Shown here piece after piece: positions 13,781 to 26,925 of a DNA stretch of 64,000 nt. The position numbers and the translations under genes are program-made. Position 1 is the stretch's first letter. Every line of letters starts with the position of its first letter. The notes below the pieces were generated by a model that did not search any database, was not told the origin of the DNA, and saw only the letters and a list, made by a program, of their open reading frames with translations. Origin of the DNA: Octopus bimaculoides (taxonomy: Eukaryota); assembly GCF_001194135.2 (NCBI RefSeq), contig NC_068997.1, positions 2,026,127-2,090,126 of the forward strand, written 5' to 3'.

Positions 13781-14685
13781 CGAGAAAGCTAGTAACCTGA
13801 CCAGACCACCACTGCATACTATATATATATATATANNNNNNNNNNNNNNNNNNNNNNNNNNNNNNNNNNNNNNNNNNNNNNNNNNNNNNNNNNNNNNNNN
13901 NNNNNNNNNNNNNNNNNNNNNNNNNNNNNNNNNNNNNNNNNNNNNNNNNNNNNNNNNNNNNNNNNNNNNNNNNNNNNNNNNNNNNNNNNNNNNNNNNNNN
14001 NNNNNNNNNNNNNNNNNNNNNNNNNNNNNNNNNNNNNNNNNNNNNNNNNNNNNNNNNNNNNNNNNNNNNNNNNNNNNNNNNNNNNNNNNNNNNNNNNNNN
14101 NNNNNNNNNNNNNNNNNNNNNNNNNNNNNNNNNNNNNNNNNNNNNNNNNNNNNNNNNNNNNNNNNNNNNNNNNNNNNNNNNNNNNNNNNNNNNNNNNNNN
14201 NNNNNNNNNNNNNNNNNNNNNNNNNNNNNNNNNNNNNNNNNNNNNNNNNNNNNNNNNNNNNNNNNNNNNNNNNNNNNNNNNNNNNNNNNNNNNNNNNNNN
14301 NNNNNNNNNNNNNNNNNNNNNNNNNNNNNNNNNNNNNNNNNNNNNNNNNNNNNNNNNNNNNNNNNNNNNNNNNNNNNNNNNNNNNNNNNNNNNNNNNNNN
14401 NNNNNNNNNNNNNNNNNNNNNNNNNNNNNNNNNNNNNNNNNNNNNNNNNNNNNNNNNNNNNNNNNNNNNNNNNNNNNNNNNNNNNNNNNNNNNNNNNNNN
14501 NNNNNNNNNNNNNNNNNNNNNNNNNNNNNNNNNNNNNNNNNNNNNNNNNNNNNNNNNNNNNNNNNNNNNNNNNNNNNNNNNNNNNNNNNNNNNNNNNNNN
14601 NNNNNNNNNNNNNNNNNNNNNNNNNNNNNNNNNNNNNNNNNNNNNNNNNNNNNNNNNNNNNNNNNNNNNNNNNNNNNNNNNNNNN

Positions 14686-14717
<32 letters not shown>

Positions 14718-15724
14718 CGAGAGAGAGAGAGAGAGAGAGAGAAAGAAAGAGAGAGAGAGATAGAGAAAGAGAGAGAGAAAGAAAGAGAGAGAGTTTTATA
14801 TGTGTGCGTATCCTGAATTGAACGCTTAACCAACCATGTTACGTGCAATGTCACATTGATTCTGACCTTTAGTTTAAGGTTATGTGTGTCCATGGAATAT
14901 TGTGGCCATTGTAATTGAACAGCTCGTTCATTGATATATCGATTCATTGATTGATTACACTATTATTCATATAATTGAACGATAACAGCAAGAAAACTAA
15001 CAACATCAAGAATTATCAGCAAAAATAACAGAAACAACAACAACAACAGCGGCTGCAGCAACGACAGCAGCGACGCCAATAGTAACAGACCATAACAACA
15101 ACAGCAACAGCAACACAATCACTTGAATCACACCAGCGGTAAATGTATGAAGAACAACGACATCCAGAGAAACGCCAACAACAGAAGTACTGACAGTTGC
15201 AAAAGCAAAAACGAATACACCCCAGCAAAATAGCAACAAACAAACAACAACAAGAACGACAAAGAGCGACAACAACAACAACAACACTAGAAAGGAGAAA
15301 CAGCAATCACCAGAACAACAGGAACGACAATAACACCAATAATAATGATAACAACAACGAATTATCAATTGGTTATTATGTGATATAAACGTGGATGTTC
15401 TCAAGTGCAAAAGAATTATCAGGCAAACACATAACATGTACAATAGACGGAGTTGGAAATGCATTAATACAGCATGTTGATATGAAGAAGGCGGAAGAAC
15501 TAGACGAGGTTTAACGGAGAACGGTGTTGCTGCTTATGTTACTGGATGTACCTGCGGGTTTACGTAGGTCTTAGTAACATTTCTATTGATATTCTCTCCC
15601 AATAAATTATTGGTTTGTCAACTGATAACCGCAATTTACAAATCTGTTCACTTCATTGACGAAAAAAAATTCAACAACATCACAACACACACACACACAC
15701 ACACATACACACACATACACAAGT

Positions 15725-15780
15725 GTGCTCTAGCGGTTAAGATTCCTTACTCTCAACACGGCGACCGGGGTTTGGTTTGT
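15725..15780 (+). pseudogene. Decayed tRNA-Glu-like fragment (pseudogene or SINE head)
   Basis: gtgctctagcggttaagattccttactctcaacacggcgaccggggtt resembles eukaryotic tRNA-Glu (ggtctagcggttaggattcct...tctcac...ggcggcccgggttcg); T-arm and acceptor stem are broken. Confidence 0.45.
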
Positions 15781-15794
15781 TGCTTGAGAAAACG

Positions 15795-15953
15795 CAGGCA
15801 TGGGCGGGTGGTAAGAAGTTTGTTTGTCAACTATATGGTGTCGGATTCAATGCCCCTGCGTTGCACATTGGGCATATGTCTTTATTATAGCTTTAGGACG
15901 AAAAAGAAAACCCTGTGATTGGATTTAGTGGGCGGAACGGAAAGAATCCCGTC

Positions 15954-16006
<53 letters not shown>

Positions 16007-16012
16007 CGTATG

Positions 16013-16062
<50 letters not shown>

Positions 16063-16250
16063 GCGTCTGTGTGTGTGTCTTTGTGTTTGTGCTTGTCTCC
16101 CGCCACCACTGTGTTGGTTTGCTTACGTCCCCGTGACTTAGCAGCTTAGCAAACCCAGCCCAATAAAATAAGTAGCAAACTTACAAAAAAATAAAATAAC
16201 TACCTTTCAAAGCAGTGCCCCAGGATGGCCGTAATCTAACAGCTAAAATA
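15795..16250 (+). mobile_element. SINE family A, full length with internal (TATC)n/(TA)n expansion
   Basis: gcaggcatgggcgggtggtaagaag...ttgggcatatgtcttt...gcttacgtccccgtgacttagcag...gcagtgccccaggatggccgtaatc. Confidence 0.8.
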
Positions 16251-16819
16251 AATATAAGCGATAGAAGACATACTGCACTTATGTAACAGAACACGCACAC
16301 ACATACAGCACAATGCATAAAACCCACACCATACGTATATAACTATAACACAAATATAGACATATACACACTCACTGGCATATTTATGTAAATTAGTAAA
16401 AATATGTAGAAAAATTTACTTATATGACTCTGGTTTGTGTAAATGAAATACAGCTGTGAATATGGCGGCTTTCAAAAATATAATTTTTTTTACCAATTTT
16501 TTTAATGATATTTTTTTTGCATTGAATTTCATGATATGAAGTGATTTTTGTTCATACTTTATTGAACTCGAAAATATTTTTAAATAATTCAGTAGTCATT
16601 GGAGATTGCAGGAACTAAAATTAAATAGAATGGAAAATAAAGTTAATAATAACAACGACAAAAATCATCAAAGTAGTAGTAGTAGTAGTAGCAGCAGCAG
16701 AAGCGCTAGTAAATAGTAGCAGTAGTGACGGTGGTAGTAGTAGTAGTAGTAGCAGTAACTATAATAATAATAGTAATAATAATTCTGGTAATATTATAAA
16801 TAGTAATAATAATAAAAAC

Positions 16820-16883
<64 letters not shown>

Positions 16884-16886
16884 ATG

Positions 16887-16923
<37 letters not shown>

Positions 16924-17548
16924 TAATAATAATTAATAACAACAACAACAGCAACAATAACAACAACAGTAAGAATAACCAATACATGGCCATATATTCA
17001 ACAAATGTTATTTATATTCGGTTTTGTCTTCCATTTTGAAATCTCTGTTGAAGTGGAAGTCGTACCTTTTCATAAAACTTCCGTCATGTGTGAACATATT
17101 GATTTGTAACACAAATCAATGACTGGAAATTATCGAATTAAATGAATCGCGGAGATCATTCCCTGTCAAAAGGGAACATATTCATTTTCTGGATTGTTTA
17201 TTTATTCATTTGATTGTTTATTTTGACCAAATCTTACATTTCCTCTTATTCATCACGAAAACATACGAGGAACGGGATTTCTGAATAAGTTTGCCATTCT
17301 AAAATTTGGTTAAAGAAGATTGTTAGTAGAATTAGCGATCAGCTTTCTACAAATGTTGGCGTATATTTTGAAGTAAATCTTTTCACAATAACTCATAGTT
17401 ATCCCAAAGCAATCAACACTCTTGCTAAAATATAGCTCTTTTCTAAGGTTGGGGTCATTGCTGGACACACAAACTTAACGACATCGAAAAGAAGGCCACC
17501 ATTCCACTTTTAATCAATTATTTTTTACCAATATCCCTCTCAATCACG

Positions 17549-17586
<38 letters not shown>

Positions 17587-17619
17587 TATATATATACACA
17601 CACACATACACGTACATAA

Positions 17620-17915
17620 TCTCTGTCTGTCTGTTTGTCTGTCTACCTGTCAGTTTGTCGCTCTCTCTCTTTTCCCTCTCTCTTTCTCCCCTCTCCCTCT
17701 CTTTCTGCCCCCTGGCTCTCTCTCTCTCTCTCTCTTTCTCCCCTCTCTCTCTCTTTCTCCGTCTCTTTCTTTCTCTCTCTCTCACTTTGTTTCTTATTGT
17801 TTCTACTAAAGATTCTGCACTTTTGGAAACAACCACAGTTATCTCACCCGTTTTTCCCATCCCCATAACTAATCCTGCACTTTACACTTCACCCAATTCT
17901 CCACAAAACTAAAAA
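17620..17915 (+). repeat. ~290-bp dispersed or locally duplicated segment, copy 2
   Basis: Same-orientation, diverged copy of 13488-13780. Confidence 0.85.
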
Positions 17916-18799
17916 CTTCTAGGGTCTCAACGTACATATGTTATCTCTACTGAAATTCAAGTAAAACATCTATGATACTAGTCACACTATTTTAGAAGGT
18001 AATGAGTTCTATTCGTCATTACCTGATTATCTTACATTAGGAAACAATGGCTGGGAGGTATTAGAGGATTTGTCGAAATCAGGCTTCACTCAATACTTAG
18101 AAGTCTTAAAAAAATATCAGAAAATTGTCAGATGTCACCTTGAAAGTAACTCATTACATTTGACCTAAGATAAAGGACAAACAATGCAGCAAGAATGAAT
18201 TTTGAGGATGGTAGAGACATGTGACCCAATGGATAACGTATGACTCGACAAAGCTTGTGTTGTTGTGTTGAAGAAAACACCCGACAAGCTGCTTCACAGC
18301 CTGATGAGACAGCTACTCCTGCATTGGGAGACAGGGTACAGTAGTATGCCCAGGATGAAAGCGCTACAAATGTCTATCATATTAAAATAGCAAAATAAAT
18401 TTCATGATACATACCCGGCAGTTGACAATACAGTAACATGAGACACCATGATAAGTCAGAAGAAACTATTAACTTTGTGATTAGTCCAGGTTAGAACTAA
18501 TACCTTATGATTTAAGCTAATTAAAAGCACAATTAATATAATTAACAAATCTATTTAGAGAAGAAGCATTAATTGAATGTAAATATTTTCCGAAACTGTT
18601 AATTTCCGTTCTGTTAAATAGCGACATCAATGGTCTCTCTGCTAGTTTTGATGATGAGCATCCGCCTGGGTGATAAAATGAATTCTTTCTCGGGAAATTT
18701 TAATTGATTGAGTAGTCTATGGGTATTTGTAGCCATGATACTTGAATTAGATGTAATCTGAAGAAGGAAACAGACAGAGAGAAGAAAAGACTCAGTACT

Positions 18800-18920
18800 G
18801 ACGGTGAACTGGCAGAACAGTTAAACTTCTGTAGCAAATCCCTGGCAACACTCATTTCAACTGTCTGCTGTCTGAGGTCAACTTTGGCATTCATCTTTCT
18901 AGGATCGATAAACTAGCTAA
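18800..18920 (+). mobile_element. SINE family B fragment
   Basis: gaactggcagaacagttaa...gaggtcaactttggcattcatctttctaggatcgataaac. Confidence 0.65.
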
Positions 18921-18959
18921 ACAGCATTGTATCCGTATTTTCTTGAATAATAGGCGAGA

Positions 18960-19360
18960 AAGACGCAGGCGCGGTTGTGTGGTAAGAATCTTGATTTCTG
19001 GTTTCAGTCTCACTGCGTTGCATCTAGGGTAAGTGTCTTCTACTATAGCCTCGGGCCGACCAAAGACTTTTGAGTGAATTTGGTAGTCGGAAACTGAAAA
19101 AGGACCATCGTATATAAATATGTATGTGTATGTGTGTGTGTGTGTCTGTGTATTTGCCCCCTTCCACCACTACTTGACAACCGGTGCTGGTGTGTTTACG
19201 TCTCCGTAACTTAGAGGTTCAGCAAAAGAAACAATAGAATTTGTACTAGACTTAAGAAATAAGTCCTAGGATCGATTGGTTCGACTAAAAGACTCTTCAA
19301 TGCGGTGCTCCAGCATTGCCGCAGTCAAATGAGTGAAACAAGTAAAAGAGTAAAAGAGTA
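18960..19360 (+). mobile_element. SINE family A, full length
   Basis: tRNA-like head, CORE-like ggtaagtgtcttctactatagcctcgggccgacc, internal TG tract, tail gcggtgctccagcattgccgcagtc ending in the tandem repeat (gtaaaaga)n. Confidence 0.9.
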
Positions 19361-19424
19361 TTATTAATATTGTAAATATTAAACAACATTTTTATGCCGC
19401 TTGCATTTCGCAGAGAATTTTTGA

Positions 19425-19523
19425 TCTTGTAAAGTCATTTTGGTGTATAAGTCAACCCGCCATTCTTTTTTGGCTGTAGATTTTGGTCTGAAAAGTTCGA
19501 CCTGTTTGCCGAAAAATACGGTA
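19425..19523 (-). mobile_element. pogo/Tigger-like DNA transposon terminus (single TIR)
   Basis: Minus strand reads TA|ccgtatttttcggc...gtcgaac...gggttgacttatacacc, the terminal pattern of pogo-type elements; the partner end was not found. Confidence 0.5.
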
Positions 19524-19529
19524 GTTTAG

Positions 19530-19955
19530 TTTTATTATGGCCAAGTTCCAACGCGGACCGCAGCAAAAAGTCTACCCACTGTACTTCTCAGTCCATCATC
19601 GTTCCCTCCATGTGCTGGATATATTCCTGGCCAGTGTCCGTAATCAAGTTGTCGATATAAGTATGACGATGTTTTCCTCTTCTTACGTCAATATGAAGTG
19701 GGTTCCACATGACTAATTTGGATGCTTTCCGTTCAGGGTGGCGTACACATTGATCACATAGTTACACCCATCTTTGCCTGATCTTCTCGTTAACTTTCGG
19801 CAGGTTTCCATAATGGTGTTCATTTCTCATATGTTGCTTCCATTTCACATTTAGCGCCATTCGTAGCATCCTCTTGTGGTATCCATTTATCCCGTTTGAT
19901 AAGTTCTTTGTCAGTGTCTATGTTTCACTGCCATATAATAGCACAGTGCTATTAA
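19530..19955 (-). mobile_element. RTE-clade LINE, 3' end of ORF2 (pseudogenised)
   Basis: Minus-strand translation ALLYGSET*TLTK...KRMLRMALNVKWKQHM...CVRHPERKASKLVMWNP...RRGKHRHTYIDNL: LLYGSETW and post-RT motifs typical of RTE; frameshifts and stops present. Confidence 0.85.
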
Positions 19956-20310
19956 AATACTGTAAATAATGCAATGATTGTCATTAAAGACAGAACAAAT
20001 GAGAGATCCCATATAGTTGATCCTGTAAGTACTGTCCGGAAGTGAAGGAAATAGTCGCTACTGTTATCGTTATTTGAACTCACATCGACAGGATACTTTT
20101 AAGGTAGATAAACAAGTAATATAACTATGATTGTGTTCATTCTCCGCCTTCAATAAAAACGAAAACAAAAATCAGTTGAGTTTATATATTTACAAATGAT
20201 TTATAATTACTCTTCGGAAAATAAACAAAATAATAATTGTTATTTTTTCTTTAATTAAAACTTGACGGCAATTATAAATCAGTACTTCACTAATGTAAGA
20301 AAATAATATT

Positions 20311-20365
<55 letters not shown>

Positions 20366-20831
20366 GCATACAAACACACACACACACACACATGTATATA
20401 TGCATGTATACAAACACACAAGGAAAAGTTTGACATTTATGGTGTACATGTATATGTGGGTGCGCGTGTTGATATTTGTATGTATATATGTGTGCTTGTG
20501 TGAGGGTTTGTGAATGTATTATGTATATTTGCGTGAGAGTTTTGTAAGAGTGAGTGTGTGTATGTGACGAAGAGAGAGAGAGCGAAAGAAAGAAAGAATT
20601 CGAATGAAATAATGAAAAGGAGGGGAGAGAACTGAAGAACGCACAGAAGTGATTAACGAAACCTTGAAGTTATACTAGTCTGACGTAGAAAAATGGCAAT
20701 GTCTCCGTTTCTCACACTGACACTCTTATTCAACCACCACTCCATCACAGCTTTCATTCTCTCTACATCTTGTTCTTGACTCAGTCACGAAATTTCTTTT
20801 TTTTTTATGTTTTACCTTTTCCCTCCACACA

Positions 20832-20876
<45 letters not shown>

Positions 20877-20924
20877 GGGTTTCCATAAATTACGCTTACA
20901 ATTTGATACAATAANNNNNNNNNN

Positions 20925-20968
<44 letters not shown>

Positions 20969-21379
20969 GGGTTTCCATAAATTACGCTTACAATTTGATA
21001 CAATAAATTGTGTAAGTTATAAAGATAATTTATGAAGATTCTGTATATGAGAATGGTCATCACCAAAGATACGTAATTCTATTTTATTTGTCTTTGTTGG
21101 CATGCTTCACACATAAAATTCTGTTTGAGTTAAAGTATCTCCACTTGTCAGTCTGAAACCTCTGCATGGAAATGAATATTTTAGAGTAACTCGATGCGAT
21201 GTACAGTCATGACTACAATCATGTAACACCGAATTTTATTTATCTAAGTGTTGTTGTTGAAGCAAATAAAGAAAAATTCTGAACGAAACGAGAAGCTATG
21301 TTTAATCATGAATCAGTAAAAACTAGTGAAAACAATATTAACTTTGGTTGTAGCTTAAAGCTAAACATGGCGCTATAAT

Positions 21380-21580
21380 AGGTACATGAAATGGTCAGAT
21401 TCTGTTAGATCCGTGAAACTTCACAGGGCAAAGCTTAAAGACCAAAGTCTTATATAACAAGATCACGAGGGTTCCTTCAAAGAGCACTTGATTTTTAAGA
21501 AATAGCAGCCAAGACATTTTCTTAAATCACACCAAATCCTTTTAAAATAGGAAGGACAAACTAGATCATGCAATCCAGAT
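21380..21580 (+). repeat. Unclassified dispersed repeat family D (related copies near 26060-26230, 37090-37230, 43900-43990, 47290-47520, 47815-47965, 48370-48650)
   Basis: Shared motif gaaatagcagccaa...aaatcacacc...ggacacattagataatgtagtcctagat or its reverse complement. Confidence 0.65.
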
Positions 21581-22211
21581 TTGTAGTCCCTTTAGTTGCG
21601 GCGTGAACGCCTTGATCATTGTTCTTCCCAGTCGAGTGTTTTAACTCTGAACAACAACGGTTCAGTATTCTATAATATTTCGGTAAATGCAGAAGTCACT
21701 TCCGGTGGAAAATATCTTCCATTTTAAACCACATCTTGCAGATTATTTCATTTATGTTTATTGTTTAGAAATATATTCTGAAATGGAAAAATCTGAGGTG
21801 AATCGGTTTTCGTAAAATGATCCTAATGAAATCACCGTATTCAGACACAAAAGCCAAAATTCTGTCTTTATTGCTACTTCATATTGGCGACATAATCTAT
21901 CATTTGGTAGCCTAGAGATCTCTCTTCTAATTCTATTAAGCAATTTTTCTCCCCGTAATTTGATATTTGTGAAAACAAGTCGTATTTATGCTTCAAATAA
22001 CAGATAGAAAGCTTGTCATAACAGCTATCTCGAATCTTCAATCAATTCAGTCAAGGAATCTTCATCTATGGTTCAAGATTAGTTCATCTGAAGAATTCCG
22101 AATTCGTTCTGCTTTTTTTTTATTTATTTTTATTTTTTTATAGTTAATTTTGGCTTCTAACGTTTGAAACAGAAGATCAAAAGTGACTAGCACGCATATC
22201 AGAATAAATAA

Positions 22212-22244
<33 letters not shown>

Positions 22245-23038
22245 NNNNNNNNNNNNNNNNNNNNNNNNNNNNNNNNNNNNNNNNNNNNNNNNNNNNNNNN
22301 NNNNNNNNNNNNNNNNNNNNNNNNNNNNNNNNNNNNNNNNNNNNNNNNNNNNNNNNNNNNNNNNNNNNNNNNNNNNNNNNNNNNNNNNNNNNNNNNNNNN
22401 NNNNNNNNNNNNNNNNNNNNNNNNNNNNNNNNNNNNNNNNNNNNNNNNNNNNNNNNNNNNNNNNNNNNNNNNNNNNNNNNNNNNNNNNNNNNNNTATATA
22501 TACATACATACATACACACATATTCTCGTGTGCATGCTAGTCAGTTTTATATATATATATATATATATGAAATAGAGAGAGAGAGAAAGAGAGAGTGGGT
22601 GTCTGTGTGAGAGAGACAAAGATAGTACAGTTGAAAGAGTGGAATATAATAAAACCTTACAGTAATCTACTTGTAAATGTGTGGCTTCTAGACCAAGTTT
22701 GTCCTTAATTTCATCTTTTGCTGTAACTCAATGAAGACTTGCTTTGTTCATAATCTTTCAAGTATCGGAAAACTGATTCGGGTTCCTTTTAAAGAACTCT
22801 GCAGGCAAACACACACTCACAATAATATTAACCAAATCTCCATTAAACAGTAGAGTGGCGTGCTAGCGATATAATCCAATTCTTCCGGGTTATTGTAGAA
22901 TACTAAAGAAACAAAGAAATCTTGAGTAAACATTACCAAGGACATAAGGTGCCATATGTTACGTTCATATACACATACACAATGATATNNNNNNNNNNNN
23001 NNNNNNNNNNNNNNNNNNNNNNNNNNNNNNNNNNNNNN

Positions 23039-23069
<31 letters not shown>

Positions 23070-23477
23070 TGATACATATATATATGTATATACATGTGTA
23101 TGTCTATATCTATATATCTATGTATAAAATAAATATATATATGTATGTTGTGTGTGCGTATGTTTGTGTATAAACACACACATTGGCAGACATAAGTGCA
23201 TACATACACAAGTTGTTATTGATAGGAGAAGAGAAGAAGCTATTTACTAAAACGAAAGGTGGTCGCAAAAATTAAAAAAATCAAATATGCCATCCATTTT
23301 GAAATGGGAATTCTTTAATATATTCGGGATCCATGAAGGATCTATACTAAAATTTTCAATGAAATGGAACGCAGGTGGATTTAATTATAACAATTGATGA
23401 TTGTCTTAGAATATGAAATAACAACAACGAGAACAATAACGACATCAACAACAATAACAACAACAACAATAATAATA

Positions 23478-24570
23478 TATTTAAATATGGATAATCTAAA
23501 ACTATACACTACAAATGATAAACAGCTGGAAACACGACTACAGACAGTACATGGATTTACCAAAGAAATAGATATGAAATTTAGCTTCGAAAAATGTGCC
23601 AAAGCAGCCTTGAAAAGAGGAAAACTAGTAACAGTAGCAACATCACACTAGATAAAGCCAATGAAATAAGAGAATTAAACTAAATCCAGCCATACAAATA
23701 TTTAGGAATCAATGAACTAGATACGATACAACACACATAAATGAAAGAGAAAATAAAGAAAGAATACTATAGACGAGTTAGATTAATACTGAAAACAGAG
23801 TTCAATGGTAAAAACAAGCATGGAAGGTAAAAATACGTAGGGTCAGTTTGCAAGAGATGTGAACGCCGAGACGAATACAGAGGACCGGTGATTATGGATG
23901 CGGAAGAGTGACCTGAATATAGAGACAGAAGCACTCATAAGCGCAGCTCAAGAACAAGCGTTAAGGACCAACTATATTAAGTGAGGTATAGACAACACTA
24001 CCGATAGCGACAAATTCAGAATGTGTGGTGAGGGAGGTGATACGGTATGACACATCGTTAGCGAATACCTGAAAGTGGTACAATTCGAATACAAATACGC
24101 CATGGCAATGTGGCAAAAATGATCTATTGGGAGCTCTGTAGAAATCACGGCCTACAAAGAGCAAAGACATGGTATGAGAAAACTTCAGAAGGAGTTATCG
24201 GAAATGAGAACTGCAAAATCCTGTGGGATGCAATGATCCAGTGCGATCACCTGACCAGACATCGGAAACCGGACATTGTTGTGGTGAAAAAAAAAAGAAA
24301 GAACACATATGGTAATCGATATTAAATAAATCGAGGAATATCGGGACGTAAATCTACAGATGAAGATATCATAGAAGGCTAAAATGACAATTGCTCCTGT
24401 GGCATTTGGTGCTCCTTGCATAACATCCAAACTGCTACCCAAGAGACTCAAAGATATTGGATTTGAGACACGCTGTAACGATTCGCATCAAAGTGCAATC
24501 CTGTATTCTGCAAGGATCCTAAAGAAGATTTTTATGAGTTGAGAAGACTTGTCATCAAACCCCAGGGTAA
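23478..24570 (+). mobile_element. R4/Dong-type (RLE-encoding) non-LTR retrotransposon, 5'-truncated and pseudogenised
   Basis: RT motif remnant YLNMDNLKLY...MKFSFEKCAK, then YKYLGI, ETEALISAAQEQALRTNY, a degenerate CCHC knuckle (RMCGEGGDTV*HIVS), ILWDAMIQCDHL and the RHRKPDIVVV restriction-like endonuclease motif. Confidence 0.85.
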
Positions 24571-24604
24571 CATTTATACCAATTTAATTATCATGTAATA
24601 ATGG

Positions 24605-24805
24605 GTTTCAAATTTTGGCACAAGGCCAGCAAGTTTGGAAGTGGGTAAATCGATTACATCGACACCAGTATTCAACTGTTATTTTATCGACCCCGAAATG
24701 ATAAAAAACAAAGTCGACCTCAGCAGCATTTGAACTCAGTAGGACAGACGAAATGCCACTAAGCATTTTGCCCAGTGCGGTTACGATTCTGCCAGCTCGC
24801 CGCCT
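24605..24805 (-). mobile_element. SINE family B, near full length
   Basis: ttttggcacaaggccagc...tttatcgaccccgaaatgat...aaagtcgacctcagcag...ctaagcattttgcccagtgcggttacgattctgccagctcgcc. Confidence 0.85.
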
Positions 24806-24985
24806 TAAATTAGCATGTAATAATATTTGAGAAATAAAGTTATGTAACAATATCTGTTATAGTTTCGGGTTTCCGTTACGTAAGTGCATGGTACTATAGC
24901 ATTAAATGTCTCTTGTATAATCTCTTGTATAACAGTATATGCTGTAGTATCAGGTGTCTGCTATGTAACAGCATGTGATGTATTA

Positions 24986-25035
<50 letters not shown>

Positions 25036-25149
25036 TTTTATATAACAACGTATTATCGTGCTGTTGGACTAACATTCCATCGATACCTTTATTTCATCAT
25101 CGTTGTCAGCATTAATTCGCATACAGGTAGTTAATATGTAGCGAGTGAT

Positions 25150-25520
25150 TGCGCCCCTTTATTCTGACAGGTGCGAAGGGTGCCGGTGCCTGAGGTGGTT
25201 TAGAAGAGCCGGGGGCATTATTGCAGGCGAAAGTCTGCTGAGGATGAGGAGGTGCGAGTCACTCTTTGTGTCTTCGACGTCTGATCTCTGCCTCTTGACG
25301 TTTGTTAGTTTTCATCTAGTCCGTTCCCTTCATGTTGACACACTACCATTTTGGCTGGTCTTCAGCGATTGTCTCCCAGGTATTTGGATCAATGGAGCAG
25401 CGGAGGAGAATAGCCTTGAGCTGGTCTCGGAAACGAAATTTGGAGGCACCGATTAGTTTGGCCTGGTCATCAATACCACTATAAACGGGATGTGAGCGTA
25501 TCCGACATCGAGCCCAAAAT
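25150..25520 (-). mobile_element. RTE/BovB-like LINE 3' end (pseudogenised)
   Basis: Minus-strand translation FRFRDQLKAILLRCSIDPNTWETIAEDQPKW...EAEIRRRRHKE...QTFACNN matches the RTE C-terminus that precedes a zinc finger. Confidence 0.75.
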
Positions 25521-26827
25521 AGACATCAGTGGAGATAAGATGGTTTTTAATATTTATTCATTTTTTAATGGTATATTAGATGTGCTATATCAGCTATCGT
25601 ATTTAATATAGTCAACTGTGGGAAAAAGATGGATTTTGTTTTTAAAATGTTGGACAATGGCTGGAAGGAAAATAGAATGTACTTTCCATGATTAAGTGAA
25701 TCTCATTCAATGCAGGTACATTCTTTTTAATGTAAGTACTTAATTCTAGTCATATTACTTCTACACATTAATTTCCTTCATATTTGAGACGCCAGAGACT
25801 AAGAACTTAGAGCGTTTATGGTGTATTTGTTAGCCAATATTTTACCAGAGTTCCGTTGATCGAATCTGTGATGAAGTTCACAGCGTATGTTCGTTGTCGA
25901 TGTCTCATTTACAAGCATTTAGAAACGTTGGTTATATTAAATAAAATTATAAAAGAAATATACTTTCTGTGTGTATGTGTTTGTGAGAGAAAGAAAGGAA
26001 GAAAGAGAGTGTGTGCGTGTGTCTGTGTATGTGATTGTGTTATTAGACATGCGACTGTATGAAGACCTGTTTTTTAACCCTAGATCGGCCTTCATCGAGC
26101 TGACTTATGCTTCAAGTCATCCATAAGACGTTTTTCTAATGTATTCTTTATATTTTACAGTGTGAAGGATGTAATTTGATGGAGACGTGGCTGCTACTTC
26201 TAGCCAGCCGATTTGAGGCCACCACGTGGTATGAGTGGAGTGAGTAGACAGAGCTGTTAAAAAAAAACAAACTGTATTATCATTTTATTAAGAAAAAAAA
26301 GCTAGTTTGGATAAAGAATCATCTTGAAAGATTCCTTCCGTTGTTTTAGCAAGAATTCAAGAAAATAGACTCCAAATATATGCAAACGTTTTCAAACCAA
26401 ATTCTTTAAGAAATAAACAAAAATCGATAATTTGCTATTTTTTTCTTTAGAATTCAGTCAATTATAGTCGATAACAGATTCCTTTTAAGACTAAAAGACT
26501 TATTGTAGTTTCTTTCTTGTATGTTGTAGAAACATATTAAGTGCAACATAGTCTCTAGTCATTACGCCACCTACTTCCAGATCGGAATCTAAAGTTGCTT
26601 TCTCTTGTTTGCTGATGCAGTTGTTGTGTTGTTTTCTATGTGGAATAAATTTAGTCTTGTTGAAATAATTTCTTTAACAGAAAGTAGATGGTTAAACAAA
26701 AGGAATCAAATATAAGAAACACATTTCGTTCGATAAATTTAAAATAAGTATTTTGATGTTGTTGTTTAGTTCAATTACATATTATTGAATAAGCGTTGAT
26801 AGTGATTTTACTGGTGTTGCTGGTGTT

Positions 26828-26850
26828 GTTGTTGCTGCTGTTCTTGTTCT

Positions 26851-26919
<69 letters not shown>

Positions 26920-26925
26920 TGATGA
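26828..26925. repeat. Compound trinucleotide repeat (GTT)n-(GAT)n-(GAC)n
   Basis: Directly visible; source of the poly-M/T/H/R ORFs. Confidence 0.95.

Noticed and set aside
14985-15370. Gln/Asn/Thr-rich coding-like region
   Set aside because: Degenerate (AAC)n repeat with stops in all plus-strand frames.
18296-18375. CTGATGAG...GAAAGCGCTA hammerhead-like motif with palindromic AGCGCT
   Set aside because: No stem I partner, and the intervening 50 nt do not form a closing stem II.
20833-21006. Direct repeat of tattatgggtttccataaattacgcttacaatttgatacaataa
   Set aside because: Identical copies flank a 10-N gap: a typical unmerged contig overlap.
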